Shown here: positions 30,842-42,034 of the stretch, piece by piece | Position numbering within the stretch: position 1 is the first letter of the stretch | Layout of the letters: each line of letters begins with the position of its first letter | Origin: Wickerhamiella versatilis | Taxonomy: Eukaryota | Assembly: GCA_030867685.1 (NCBI GenBank) | Contig: JAQOWU010000003.1 | Span: 310,001-374,000 of the forward strand | Reading direction: 5' to 3' | Length of the DNA: 64,000 bases | Notes under the pieces: model-generated | The model's database searches: none | What the model was told of the DNA's origin: nothing | Seen by the model: the letters and a program-made list of their open reading frames with translations, nothing else | Program-made: the position numbers and the translations under genes

Positions 30842-31846
30842 ATGTTGTCGAAGTTGCGGTTTCTGACCTTGTTTAACATTTGTGTGTTACTGTTACTAGC
30901 AAGCCGTTTTGTATGTTTGCTCCATTTAATCCATGATCGATGTCCTGAAAACATGATTGAAGCGTCTGAGCTCAAAGATGTTGGCAGCATTCCTGACGAT
31001 AGCCGCCCGGACGAGATACCTAAAAGGATACATCAGGTGTTTTTCAATATTGAAAACTCCGCGATGCCCCAAGCCTGGCAGGACGGTCAGGCGTCGATCA
31101 AGCGAATGAACCCTGACTACGAATACATTTTGTGGTCAGCGGATATGGCATATGAATTGTTGGAAAAACATTATTCGTGGTTTCTACCGACATTTGAAAG
31201 CTATACTTATCCCGTTATGAAATTTGACGCGATCAGGTATATTATACTGTATCACTATGGCGGTATATACATAGACCTCGATTACGGTGCAGAAAAGGAT
31301 TTCAACAAACTTCTTGCATTTCCGGCATGGATCCCAAAGACATTTCCAGTGGGGGTTTCGAATGACTTGATGGCTGCGAAAGCTAAGCATCCCTTTTTCT
31401 GGCAGGTCATCACCAGTCTGAAGGGCAACAAGAAAAATATGTTGCTGCCTTACGCTACTGTCATGTTCTCTACAGGGTCCCTTTTTCTTTCTATCGAGCT
31501 ACAGAAGTATCAGTCCCATATGGTCGCTGATGATAATAGAGCCAGAGTTGCATACCCAAGTTTAATATACCAAGGTGATGGCAAAAGAACATTTAGCCAT
31601 CTGAAGGGCTCATCGTGGCATCGTGCTGATGCGGAGTATTTGGTTTATTTATACAAACATGGATGGGTGATATTCTGTTTGGCGAGCCTGGGTGCCTTCG
31701 TATACATTTCTCTTCAGTTGCTGTTGTACCGCATCCTGTTCAATAGGAGGTGGCAGTCCATGTGGTGTAGATTGGGGAGGAACGTGGGAATCACATTGTT
31801 CTCTTCGTCAGACAAGATATCAAAAAGTTCTGATAAGGAAGCATGA
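30842..31846 (+). CDS. GT32 mannosyltransferase, MIPC synthase catalytic subunit-like (Sur1/Csh1 family)
   Basis: IPKRIHQ, NPDYEYILW, DAIRYIILYHYGGIYIDLD, GVSNDLM, HPFF, PYATVMFSTG, GSSWH, C-terminal TM. First ATG 30842. Confidence 0.88.
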   Translation: MLSKLRFLTLFNICVLLLLASRFVCLLHLIHDRCPENMIEASELKDVGSIPDDSRPDEIPKRIHQVFFNIENSAMPQAWQDGQASIKRMNPDYEYILWSADMAYELLEKHYSWFLPTFESYTYPVMKFDAIRYIILYHYGGIYIDLDYGAEKDFNKLLAFPAWIPKTFPVGVSNDLMAAKAKHPFFWQVITSLKGNKKNMLLPYATVMFSTGSLFLSIELQKYQSHMVADDNRARVAYPSLIYQGDGKRTFSHLKGSSWHRADAEYLVYLYKHGWVIFCLASLGAFVYISLQLLLYRILFNRRWQSMWCRLGRNVGITLFSSSDKISKSSDKEA

Positions 31847-33072
31847 AAATAGGCATATTCTCAGTTTGAACTGATAATGTTGCCATCGGTGGCTAATAAT
31901 GACTATCGTAGTTTACCTCTGGACTGCACTTGATATTTAATTAGAAACGGCAGGGCTACATAATGTTATTATTCTCCTTGTCAATTATAGAGATATAGAG
32001 TTATACGAACCAAAGTACGCAACGTAAAGCAAATAAATACATTCTCAGATTGCGGAAATCCTCATGTATGGCATGATGTTTTTCACTCGATATAATGATA
32101 TCGAACCTTCGGTTTGTTAATTGTGATGGTGAATGTGGTGTGAGGGAGAAAATAGTTTGCTCAACTGCCGTTAAAAGTTAAGATGAGCCGAACTTATCTT
32201 TATAAACTGTCATGATATTAAAACTTGCCATTGACTCTGGAAAGTCTATTCCAGCATGGCTTCAACTGTGACCGCAGTTTATATTTCGCAAGTCGTTAGT
32301 CGCTACCATTGGGATAGACTTTATGTGGGGCAAGATCTCATTTATTGAGCAGTAGACTAGAAAAATGTTTTTGGTATTAACCCACAAAGCTCCCCGATAA
32401 GCCAGAGCGGTTCTGGGACAACAAAGAGTTCTGAACGGAGCTGATGGTTAGAATACCCTGAATATATCGATCTAAAAAAATCGTCAGTATTATCCCTGTG
32501 CCCGTGAAAATAAGCTTTATTTTCCAATGCTTCTTGAAAAACGTATCAACTTATTAACACCTTCGACGGTAAATTATCTAGTTATAAAAGCTTGCAGTGA
32601 AAGTATGTGAGGAAAGCTGAGTCAAATGAATACCCACATCACAAAATAAGGACGATCCGATCACATGGCACGGCATGCTGGTATCAATATCTTGTGACTA
32701 CAGTGTATGGATGCCACCATGATATGAACTACTTACAGAATTTATTTGACGAAGTTGAAAGCACTCTCTATATTGGAGGCGAAAATCCCGGCATCCCGCA
32801 TGAGACTGCCTATTTTGTAAATAATATGGGTAAGGGCGATACATATACATAATTCTATTTTTCCCGGAAGAGAGACATAATATTGCTTAATATATAGATA
32901 TTCTATTGTTACATGACTGGCATCAATCTTAACTGCGTTAGATGCAATCTTCTACTTCCTTTCGTGTCTATCAATTCTGCAAGATCGCACGGCATCGTTG
33001 AGTGTAGATAACGCTGCTGCGTCAGAGAATTACAAAGATAGAAGATCTATTGTCGTCTGAGGCACTCAACAA

Positions 33073-35337
33073 ATGCAGCTCCACTTGAACCTTGCCAATA
33101 TTGGAATATTGAGCCTTGTGGCCGCTAGTAAAGTATCTCTTGATGATGGGGTATGGGATTTACAGGAAGACTTCAGCAAACCGAATGGTTCGATTTCGTT
33201 GACGTCACCTGAGGGCAAACAATATACCCTCACACGCTATCTGGAGTCATATGCTCAGCCAGAAAACCCATACTTGGGCAATGACTTGACTACGGTTTGC
33301 GAAACACCCGAGGATATTCTAGCCAATCAGCTGTTAGAGAATGGCGATCCGGACCCCTTAGAAGTTCAAAAGGTAGCAATCCCTGTCGGCTCAGAATTTT
33401 TGGGCTACTACGGCTATACTGGGAGAGTGGGATGGACCGTATTTGTCGGCACTGTCAATTCAACCGAAGTCATGCCTATATACAATGGAGCTACCCGCAC
33501 GAACTATGATGCCTCTATGTTCATTAGTGAATTAGGTGGGAAGACACAAAATCATACTGAGGGATTTCTTGGGGGTGCGGTACCTCTTACCGTTTTCCAC
33601 TATCCTTTGGAAAACACCACAGACCCCAACCCAACATCTTATGCGGAGGTTTTAGTGTTTGCAAACGCAGATTCTGAGTCTGCTAGACTTTTTCCTACGT
33701 ACACCAGGCTTTTGGTAGTAAAGGATGGAAAGGTTTCTAATATTACATACTCGGGGCATTATAGACCTTATGGTCCATTTAGAGAGGCACCGACAGAGGA
33801 GCAGTTTAACGCAGCGTTGATCCGTACCTACCTAAAGTGGAGTGAATATCTTTCGCAAGGGATGAAACTAGCTGTTCCTGAGCAAGATGCCTCAGATTTT
33901 GCCCTTCATGCCTTTGCAAAGGAAGCAATTGTTCGAGGAAACGGCATAACTCCCCGCTACGGAGCAGTGGATAGGGACTATGATGGAACAGAGTACGACG
34001 GATTTCAGGATATCTTTACTTCATCCCTAAGAGCTAACCTTGACTGGGGTCGTTTCGATTTTGCCAAAGCACTAGTCGTTGACCAATTCGAGAATGTGGT
34101 GGGGGATGATGGGATGCCATCGATGCGAGGGCCTCAGACCGGCCAATTTGGACTTGAACTCTCTCTATTAGCCCGTTATGGCAACTTGACAGGTGACTGG
34201 AAGACGCTCTCAAAGTACGAAGAAAAAATCCAGGCTAAGGCTTACGTTCTCACCTCGTTACAAGATGCTTCCCTGAATCTCAGCTCGAAAGACCCCGGTT
34301 ATGGGCTGATACATGGATGGAGTGAAAGTGATGCTTGTCTTACCGCTGACCCTAGCATATGGTGGAAGCCATATTATGGCAACACTGGTCTTGCTTCACG
34401 TGGACTAAAGGACATTGCGGCAGTTTGGGGCAAGATATCTCAGCAAGACTCGGGAAGATCGCAAAATTGGTCTAAGCGTGCTGTTCAGCTGCAGCATCAA
34501 CTGTCGAGCTCACTCAATGCTTCCATATACTACAACATGACACCTCCTTATGTACCGATAATGCCTGGTGCAAATGAAACTTGGTGGGAATCAATGGAGA
34601 ATCAAATATATCCCGATCAGCAATGGGGCCACCGTGTATATTCTGAACTTCTCCAGTCAGGAACGCTCTCATCTGCACAAGAAAACGCAGTGTTAGACTC
34701 TTTGCGTGCCTACTACGGTACAAGTATAGGTGTCACCACAAATTTTATACCTCCCAACAATGCTTCTCGGGAGCTTTTGGGATTCATCTCTTATGGCCAT
34801 GCTCAAGCACTGCTACGACAAGACAGAATAGAGGAGTATCTTCTGTTTTTATATTCTCACCGCTTTAATACACATACCCGCGGGACCTGGACCGCATCAG
34901 AGGTGGCTGAAATTACGGGTGACATTACAACATTCTGCCTGCCTGCCCAAATGACCTCGCCTATCCTTCTGCGATGGGCTCTAGTATACGATGACGATGG
35001 AGATGCTTTACATCTTGCACGAGGTATACCGCGGCGCTGGCTTGCGGACCCTAAGGGCATTTTAGTGTCACATGTACCGACTCGCTGGGGCAAGGTGGGA
35101 TATTCACTTCACTATAATAAAAACGCCAGTGCAGTGACTGCTAGCTTGTCCCTGCCGGATACCGTGAGCCAGACCAAGCTATACCTGCGTCTTCCAGATG
35201 GATTGACCGTTAATAAAGAATCCTTGAAGAATTCCACAGGCTATTCAATTGGAAATGCCACGAATGCAACAGCATATATTCTAATCACGGGCTCACCGTC
35301 ATCCAGTAACCTCACCATTCCTGTCATCTCGCTTTAG
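33073..35337 (+). CDS. Secreted uncharacterised protein, probable (alpha/alpha)6 glycoside hydrolase-like
   Basis: 754 aa, signal peptide, many N-x-S/T sequons; PRYGAVDRDYDGTEYDGFQDIFT, GLIHGWSESDAC, and C-terminal LHLARGIPRRWL...PTRWGKVGY typical of six-hairpin glycosidase tails. Confidence 0.7.
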   Translation: MQLHLNLANIGILSLVAASKVSLDDGVWDLQEDFSKPNGSISLTSPEGKQYTLTRYLESYAQPENPYLGNDLTTVCETPEDILANQLLENGDPDPLEVQKVAIPVGSEFLGYYGYTGRVGWTVFVGTVNSTEVMPIYNGATRTNYDASMFISELGGKTQNHTEGFLGGAVPLTVFHYPLENTTDPNPTSYAEVLVFANADSESARLFPTYTRLLVVKDGKVSNITYSGHYRPYGPFREAPTEEQFNAALIRTYLKWSEYLSQGMKLAVPEQDASDFALHAFAKEAIVRGNGITPRYGAVDRDYDGTEYDGFQDIFTSSLRANLDWGRFDFAKALVVDQFENVVGDDGMPSMRGPQTGQFGLELSLLARYGNLTGDWKTLSKYEEKIQAKAYVLTSLQDASLNLSSKDPGYGLIHGWSESDACLTADPSIWWKPYYGNTGLASRGLKDIAAVWGKISQQDSGRSQNWSKRAVQLQHQLSSSLNASIYYNMTPPYVPIMPGANETWWESMENQIYPDQQWGHRVYSELLQSGTLSSAQENAVLDSLRAYYGTSIGVTTNFIPPNNASRELLGFISYGHAQALLRQDRIEEYLLFLYSHRFNTHTRGTWTASEVAEITGDITTFCLPAQMTSPILLRWALVYDDDGDALHLARGIPRRWLADPKGILVSHVPTRWGKVGYSLHYNKNASAVTASLSLPDTVSQTKLYLRLPDGLTVNKESLKNSTGYSIGNATNATAYILITGSPSSSNLTIPVISL

Positions 35338-36966
35338 AATTTATAGGTGAACTGCAGATATAAAATATTCACTATATCTGTCAAAATGCGCTCAACAAGC
35401 GGATACTGGATTTGTAGGTACGTCATGATGTTATATTGGCTTGCAATATCAATTTATTTGTGTCTAGTCAAAGTTAACGAAAGTAGAGGTAACTACTTGT
35501 TGTAATATAAAACGAACAGAACAAATGGATATAGCCAAGATAATTGCAATTTTTTTCGTATTTTTTTTAAAAGAACCAGATGGAGTACAGCTTGTCTGGC
35601 TGGACATATTGCTATTATTTCTTACCAGCAGAAAAAGCCACTATGTGATGCATTGAGAAGGTAATTGAACCATTAGTGCTCTCACAATGGTTTGTTCTTG
35701 AGACAACTCGCCCCGCAATGACTCGTTACTATCGCTTACCATAGTACTAGAAGCATTCGCCCCAAGATTTGCATTCACTCCGTGACCAAGCAATCTAATA
35801 CCATTTACTTTGTCCCTGCAACTCCATGGGGCTTGAACCAGGACGTCTCGATACTATACCGCAGCGGTCCACCACAGCAAAATACTGAGGACAAACCTAT
35901 ATTAAAAATTAATATCCAAAGCGAAGCAATTGATGCCGTAAATTATTTTAAGTTGATAGACCTGAAGCCTGGGCCATACGCACCTCCGTCATCTCGGTCT
36001 TGTTGGGCTTAAACAAGTCAATGAAGGCATACAGCTTGGACTTTAGCATGGCAATGAAGCCTTTCTCCTCATTACTTTCCTCGCTGGAGGTGTTATTCTG
36101 CACTGTTGTCTCTGGCATTGTTCTGTTACTCAGAAGGTGGTGATGAACTTTCTAGCAAAAACAACGGGTAGATCCCTTGCTTAATCAGCTATCGTTAATT
36201 ATGTAAATAAGTCGATTTATATTGCATGACCTCTATGGACTTTACAACTCATATAAACTGAATATTTACTACTCTAGGACCTAATTGAGGGATGACACTT
36301 TGGAGGATGGCGGATGACCTAAAATCTTTGCCACCTTGAGGCTGTCTTCATGCTTCTCCTCAATACGAAGCAGTCGAGTGTACTTCACCAACGTTTTTGA
36401 CAATACCTGAATTCCATTGAGCAGCCCTTTGTTTTCCGAAGCAACATTGGTATTGATTTGATCACACATATGAGACACCTGACACGCCCAGAGGTTCTTA
36501 TACCAGGAAGGTCATCGCCGTAGTGTTCCCAAAATGCCAATGTAGTATACTATCACAAGTTAAGCGGACCTCACCAGCTGTTGAATAGCCCTATATACAT
36601 CAATACAGTAGATAAGAGTAAACTATGACAACTATCTTAAATGGGGAGAATGGGATGGGGGAAGCAATTTAAGGGTAAGGATATATCATACGGAACGACT
36701 CACCCACGTCTTTCCCTGAAATAAAATTTGGTATTATAATTATCGTGGTTTTAATAGGATATTACAACTGATGTGACTAACATTAAACTGCAAGTTATAG
36801 GGATGGCCGGCGACTTCTTTAACCGCAACTGACTAACCAACGAAGCCGAGAATGTCACTTTCTAATCGATTATTAAGCATCGGAACATTCTCAACCGTTA
36901 GATTGCAGGCTCCTCAAATTCGAGGAAACCTCGTGAGACGGACTGTCAAGCCTTGATAGGGGTACT

Positions 36967-38664
36967 ATGAGGCGTCCTCAAGAATCTTTGTCGTTAGACA
37001 ATGAGGACATTTCATCAATGCACGTTCTAAGTGCACTAATCAGTATCTGTTCTCCCAAAGGTATTTATTTGGCAGATTTCGAACCTAGAACTGCTGTATT
37101 ATATGCGCTTCCATTACTGGCGAGTCCCTGTGGCTTATTGGGTAACCTTGCATCGATCATGGCCGTTGCTGATAAATGGCGTGTCGATAAAGGTGGACAC
37201 TCTATCGGTGATACATGGTGGGTTCTTTTGTTGAATTCTTTGTCCCTAGCTGCAGGATGTATATCGTCACTTGTATTTTTCCTGCATTCGAATTTCAGTC
37301 ATGTCGTGCCCTCCGTATATGGCATTGGGCTTACCGCAGTGCTGTATTTTGTTGCTGTACTGATATATATGGGCCTCATTGCAGGCTCAGAGTATGCATA
37401 CTTCCATAATACTGACTATCAGCACTCAGCAGGGTTTTGGCAAGCCGTCTGTGCAAGCGTCCTTTATTTTTCGGCTTGCTTGATGTTGGCTATATATCTA
37501 TTAACCTGCCCCTCTGGCTATGATCATCATACACTTTCTCAAAAGAAAACTGATATCAGTAGGTTTTTGCTCACAAAAGAGGGTCGAATTTACGAAGAGC
37601 ATCTGGTACGACGACTAGCTTCTATTGACCCTGCTGTGCGCCGCCATGCAATTTCGGAGCGTGAATCATCGTATGGCGACAAAATCTCCGAGAGGCAGAG
37701 ACATTTAATGTTTGTTTATATGATATGGTTTGGCTGGATCGCCATGGGTGCTGCGGTTGCCGCGTATTTATTGAATACGACCTATTCACAGGGGGTCTAT
37801 TATTGCATTGTGAGCTGCTTAACGCTCGGTTATGGGGATGTGGTTTTTAGCCAGCCCCTAGGGAAGGCGCTGACTATTCCCTATTTGTATATTGGTGTAA
37901 TTCTGAGTGGTCTTACGGCCGTCATCTTTTTCAAAGCATGGTTTCAAAGCACCCGAAATCAGACCCAAATGTCTCAGGTCCAGCATCTTCGGCGTAAGAC
38001 TCTTCTTGCCTCTCCAAAGGTCGAGGAAGAAGAAGCGTTCCGGAGAATGCGGCATATTGTGCAGGTTGTAAATATCCGAATTTCTCTAATTCGTACTCTT
38101 TTCACATTTTTGTGGTTAGCCGTGTTTTGGCTAATAGGCGCCTTCATATTTTCTCGGACAGAGGGCTGGGATTATTTTGATGCATTCTATATGTGCTCTG
38201 TTTCCCTGGCGACCGTTGGCTATGGAGATCTAGTCCCGAGGTCCCCAGGTGGACGGAGCTTCTTTATCCACTGGGCTATGGTAGCATTACCTACCATGAC
38301 TGCCGCTGTCTCGGACTTAACGTCTTTTGTAATGGCCTTGATTGAGCCCACCAGACGTAATCGCGGTCGCGGACCTCCCAGTCTGTCGTCCCTTGACTTT
38401 TTGGTTGGCGGCATGTCAAAAGACGCTAAACAATCGGCGGGCTGGGAAAAGGTTCTTGAACTCTTCCGTGACGAACCCGGGAAGATGTATTCATTTCAAG
38501 AATGGCGTGCTGCGATGCGAAACATCATGCCAGATGGGGTTGCGCCTGAATTCTGGCTAACCCAACTCTCACCCATCTCGATGCCTTATATAGATGAGCA
38601 ACAGTTTTTGATTCTGGTATGGCTTCTCAGCTACACTGCTCCACCTGTGAATGTGCATCCCTAA
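36967..38664 (+). CDS. TOK1: Outward-rectifier two-pore-domain K+ channel
   Basis: Two pore loops TLGYGD and TVGYGD, each flanked by TM helices, after four N-terminal TMs (8-TM fungal TOK layout). Confidence 0.88.
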   Translation: MRRPQESLSLDNEDISSMHVLSALISICSPKGIYLADFEPRTAVLYALPLLASPCGLLGNLASIMAVADKWRVDKGGHSIGDTWWVLLLNSLSLAAGCISSLVFFLHSNFSHVVPSVYGIGLTAVLYFVAVLIYMGLIAGSEYAYFHNTDYQHSAGFWQAVCASVLYFSACLMLAIYLLTCPSGYDHHTLSQKKTDISRFLLTKEGRIYEEHLVRRLASIDPAVRRHAISERESSYGDKISERQRHLMFVYMIWFGWIAMGAAVAAYLLNTTYSQGVYYCIVSCLTLGYGDVVFSQPLGKALTIPYLYIGVILSGLTAVIFFKAWFQSTRNQTQMSQVQHLRRKTLLASPKVEEEEAFRRMRHIVQVVNIRISLIRTLFTFLWLAVFWLIGAFIFSRTEGWDYFDAFYMCSVSLATVGYGDLVPRSPGGRSFFIHWAMVALPTMTAAVSDLTSFVMALIEPTRRNRGRGPPSLSSLDFLVGGMSKDAKQSAGWEKVLELFRDEPGKMYSFQEWRAAMRNIMPDGVAPEFWLTQLSPISMPYIDEQQFLILVWLLSYTAPPVNVHP

Positions 38665-39088
38665 TTATTAGAAACAGAAGCACAGAAAAAAACCAAGATT
38701 AAATGTAAACTATTTTAATTTGCACCGAGGTATGAATCAGAGAGTCCTTTCTAATCATTTAAACTGTCAAATTAGCTATGACATAATCCCAACATGTGAT
38801 GTCTGCATTTGTCACTGCTTATGCTTATACCGTAGTATCGAATTGACTGTAATAAGAGGCCGCGTCCAAAAAAAAATATTTATCTGCAATTTTTCTACTC
38901 TTCCACGAATATTTAAGTCCAACCAGTCTACCTAGGACCTGCCGGTGTGGCATCAACATGCTGTTTTAAATAAGCTTCGGGCCGGACTTCCGGACTCTAC
39001 TATATTTGTAAGGGTTGTCGATAAACTTTCGTTCTGTTTGTATCAGGGCTTTTTTCCAACCAATCTCAGGTATTGGGCGAAAGACTGT

Positions 39089-40618
39089 ATGACTAGCATC
39101 GGTGACTATGGCATTGATGAGAGCAAATTGCCCTGGTGGCTTCGGGATGAGGGACTTCCGGAAGAGTCGCTTCTCCATCCGGATTTGTACGAGAAATTTG
39201 AAAGCACAGATGTAGACGAAAAGCACCTTGTCCGGATTAAGGAAAATGGTAAACATCATCCAGGCTCTTGGAGTTTAAACAAGAAGCTTTATCATACGAT
39301 TTCTTATGGCTTCCTAACCATGAATGCTACGTTTGCAGCCACGTGCTTGACACCAACAGTTGAGCAGCTCGCCGAAGAGTTTCATGTGGGGAGGGAAGTA
39401 GGGGTCCTAGCTGCGTCCATTTTCTTTATTGGAAACGTAGTGGGTCCGATTATATTTGCACCGATGAGTGAGCTTTTTGGCAGGCGAGTCTCTATCCTGT
39501 TGCCAGTGTTCATATGTGGAATTTTTCTTATCCTCACAGCCAATGTCACCAGCATGTGGGCGGTGCTTGTATTAAGATTTGTTGCTGGTGTTTTTGGATC
39601 TGCACCGCTGGTAAACGGAGGTGGCGCAATGGCAGACATGTGGAATCCTCAGCAAAGGGTGGGTGCCATAGTATTGTGGGCAGTATTTATTGTGGCTGGT
39701 AGCTGTACAGGCCCGATAGTTGGGGCCGCACTGACGACCACCGGTGGTTACGGCTGGCGCTGGACACAGTGGACTGCAGGATTATATTGTGTTGTTGTTC
39801 CTCTCATAACCGTGCTTATTATTTCGGAGACATATATTCCTGTCCTGGAGCAATCGATGGCTAATATCATGCGTCAACAATTCAATCGATGGCAGGCGCA
39901 CTCAAAACAGGATGAGGTTCGAGTGAACCTGGCAGAGATTTTCCGTGTTCATCTGGCCCGGCCGATACTACTACTTTTCACGCCGGTCCTTTCTCTTATC
40001 AACTTCTATTCCTCTTTTGTGTACGGTGTGATGTTTTTACTGATAGAGAGCTCGAGCCAGGAATTTCGCCAGGTTTATGGCTTCCCGCTGGTGACGTCCT
40101 GCTTACCGGACCTCGCCATGCTGGTGGGCTTCATAATAGGAGGAATGATAAACATTGCGAATTCTGTGCGCTATGGCCGTATTGCCAGAAAGATAAACGG
40201 AAGACCAAATTCAGAGGAGTTCCTAGGGGCCCTTCTTGTGGTTGGCTGGTGGATCATGCCTGCGGGATGCTTCATCTATGGCTGGACATTATATTCGCAT
40301 GTGCACTGGATAGCACCTATAATTGGCCTTGCTGTATATGGCATCGGATTTGCGGTGGTATTCCAAGGCTGTCTTATCTATGCCATGGATGCATATTCGC
40401 ATTACGCTGCCAGTACCATGGCCTCGAACACAATCACCCGGAGTGTGTGTGCTGGCGTATTCCCGTTGTTTGCCAGCCAAATGTATAATGGAATGAACCC
40501 ACATTGGGCTAGTTCTCTTCTGGGATTTGTTTCCCTGGCGTTGGCACCTGCGCCTTTCGCTTTCTACCGGTACGGCCCGCGCCTTCGCCAGCTCAATCCC
40601 TTCAAGGGTGTGATGTAG
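39089..40618 (+). CDS. MFS drug:H+ antiporter (DHA1, Tpo/Flr1-like)
   Basis: 509 aa from ATG 39089; HPGSWSLNKK, GPIIFAPMSELFGRR, LRFVAGVFGSAP, GWRWTQW, ETYIP, YGPRLR. Confidence 0.9.
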   Translation: MTSIGDYGIDESKLPWWLRDEGLPEESLLHPDLYEKFESTDVDEKHLVRIKENGKHHPGSWSLNKKLYHTISYGFLTMNATFAATCLTPTVEQLAEEFHVGREVGVLAASIFFIGNVVGPIIFAPMSELFGRRVSILLPVFICGIFLILTANVTSMWAVLVLRFVAGVFGSAPLVNGGGAMADMWNPQQRVGAIVLWAVFIVAGSCTGPIVGAALTTTGGYGWRWTQWTAGLYCVVVPLITVLIISETYIPVLEQSMANIMRQQFNRWQAHSKQDEVRVNLAEIFRVHLARPILLLFTPVLSLINFYSSFVYGVMFLLIESSSQEFRQVYGFPLVTSCLPDLAMLVGFIIGGMINIANSVRYGRIARKINGRPNSEEFLGALLVVGWWIMPAGCFIYGWTLYSHVHWIAPIIGLAVYGIGFAVVFQGCLIYAMDAYSHYAASTMASNTITRSVCAGVFPLFASQMYNGMNPHWASSLLGFVSLALAPAPFAFYRYGPRLRQLNPFKGVM

Positions 40619-42034
40619 AATATGGCATTGAATACCCACCTGGCGGTTAATTAATAGTAGAGTTTCAGCTTGGGCACTGCTGTGTCAGTGAGTTCGACCG
40701 GCCAAGGTATAATCAAAATGAACGTTCCTCACCAATCAGTCCAGAACTAATGCAGTGTAACGTTGAAAAACACTCAAAGATTTAAGATACACGCTCGGTA
40801 TAACCTAAACTAGATTATGCATGGTCAATAGTTTTTTTTGTCCGCTGTATCATGGGCTCATTATCACTTAGTTGAAGTATTAGGACGTGGGTGTATACCG
40901 TATGCCGTAGTTCAGCATGTCTGATTCATAGAGCACTTACACCCTCTAATTGATCCTACATATCACAGGAAGCAGATTGCACGGAGTTGGGACTCGCTCC
41001 CTCGCCGCTCGTGCAGAGCGGCTGGGTCTTTAGTTATTGCTATGGGGTGGATAAGCCTATATAGGCGCATGATTTTGTGATCTGGGACTAGAATCCCCGT
41101 AACTGTTTCATTATCTTATCTTGATATCACAAGGCGTGGGATGGTCTCGTATCTGCTTTAGAACCTCCGAATTTCAAGCGCTCTCTGCAGGATGACTAAG
41201 AAGTGGTATGCGCTGAGTCCGCCGTGCTCTATGCAGAGTAGCGATACGGAACTGTAACCGAGTCGAGTAACCAAAAAAGTTCGAAGTCATCGAGTTGTGT
41301 TCCAGACATGTCATGGAGTGTACCAAATGTTTGAATGAAGAAAACTTCACCACCTAAAACTGGTAGGAGATCAGGCCCAAGCACACTATTTGGAGTCCTA
41401 GGATGATAACCAAAAGGCCCTGCAGTGCAGCACACTACAGTGATTCTGCGAAAGGGGGTTTTGTAATAAATGCCTCATTTTTCATTTGCTGGCAAACTTC
41501 TCCTCACCCTATGCAAGACCCTGAAGATTTCATGAGGTAATGTGATACCATTCTGGGGTATCCTATCATTGCCTTGCCAGCTGCTGCTCGCGTTATTAAC
41601 GGATTTCGGGCATTATACGAGTGGAAACTAACGCAAGCTTGAAAACAGCAACCACTACACCTTCTGGCAATAGAAAGTTGACTCACACGCGTTGTGGGGA
41701 AGATAATCAATGCAGATTACGTAGTTATGCATCGTGACCCTGTCCCTCTCTGTACTTCTGGATGGTGTTTTTCCCTGAGATTTGCGGATTAACTCAAAAA
41801 AAAATGTTGAGCAATATTTTTTGGAAGTAATTCAAAATGGATTTTACGATCTCCAAGCAAGCAGAGGTACCGAGACCTGTGTTGTGACCCGGAAAAAACT
41901 GAGCCCCCAACATCTGGGCTCGGTTAATAATCTGCGGGGATCCTCGTGCAAGGGTTAGGACTAAGTAATGTGGAATAGTCATATGACGTTCCATATAAAT
42001 TAGTAGCTCCTGGCTGGCTCACTTCATCCTCGCC

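Noticed and set aside
40640-40706. tRNA-like sequence containing GTTCGA
   Set aside because: No T-stem pairing, no convincing A box or cloverleaf.
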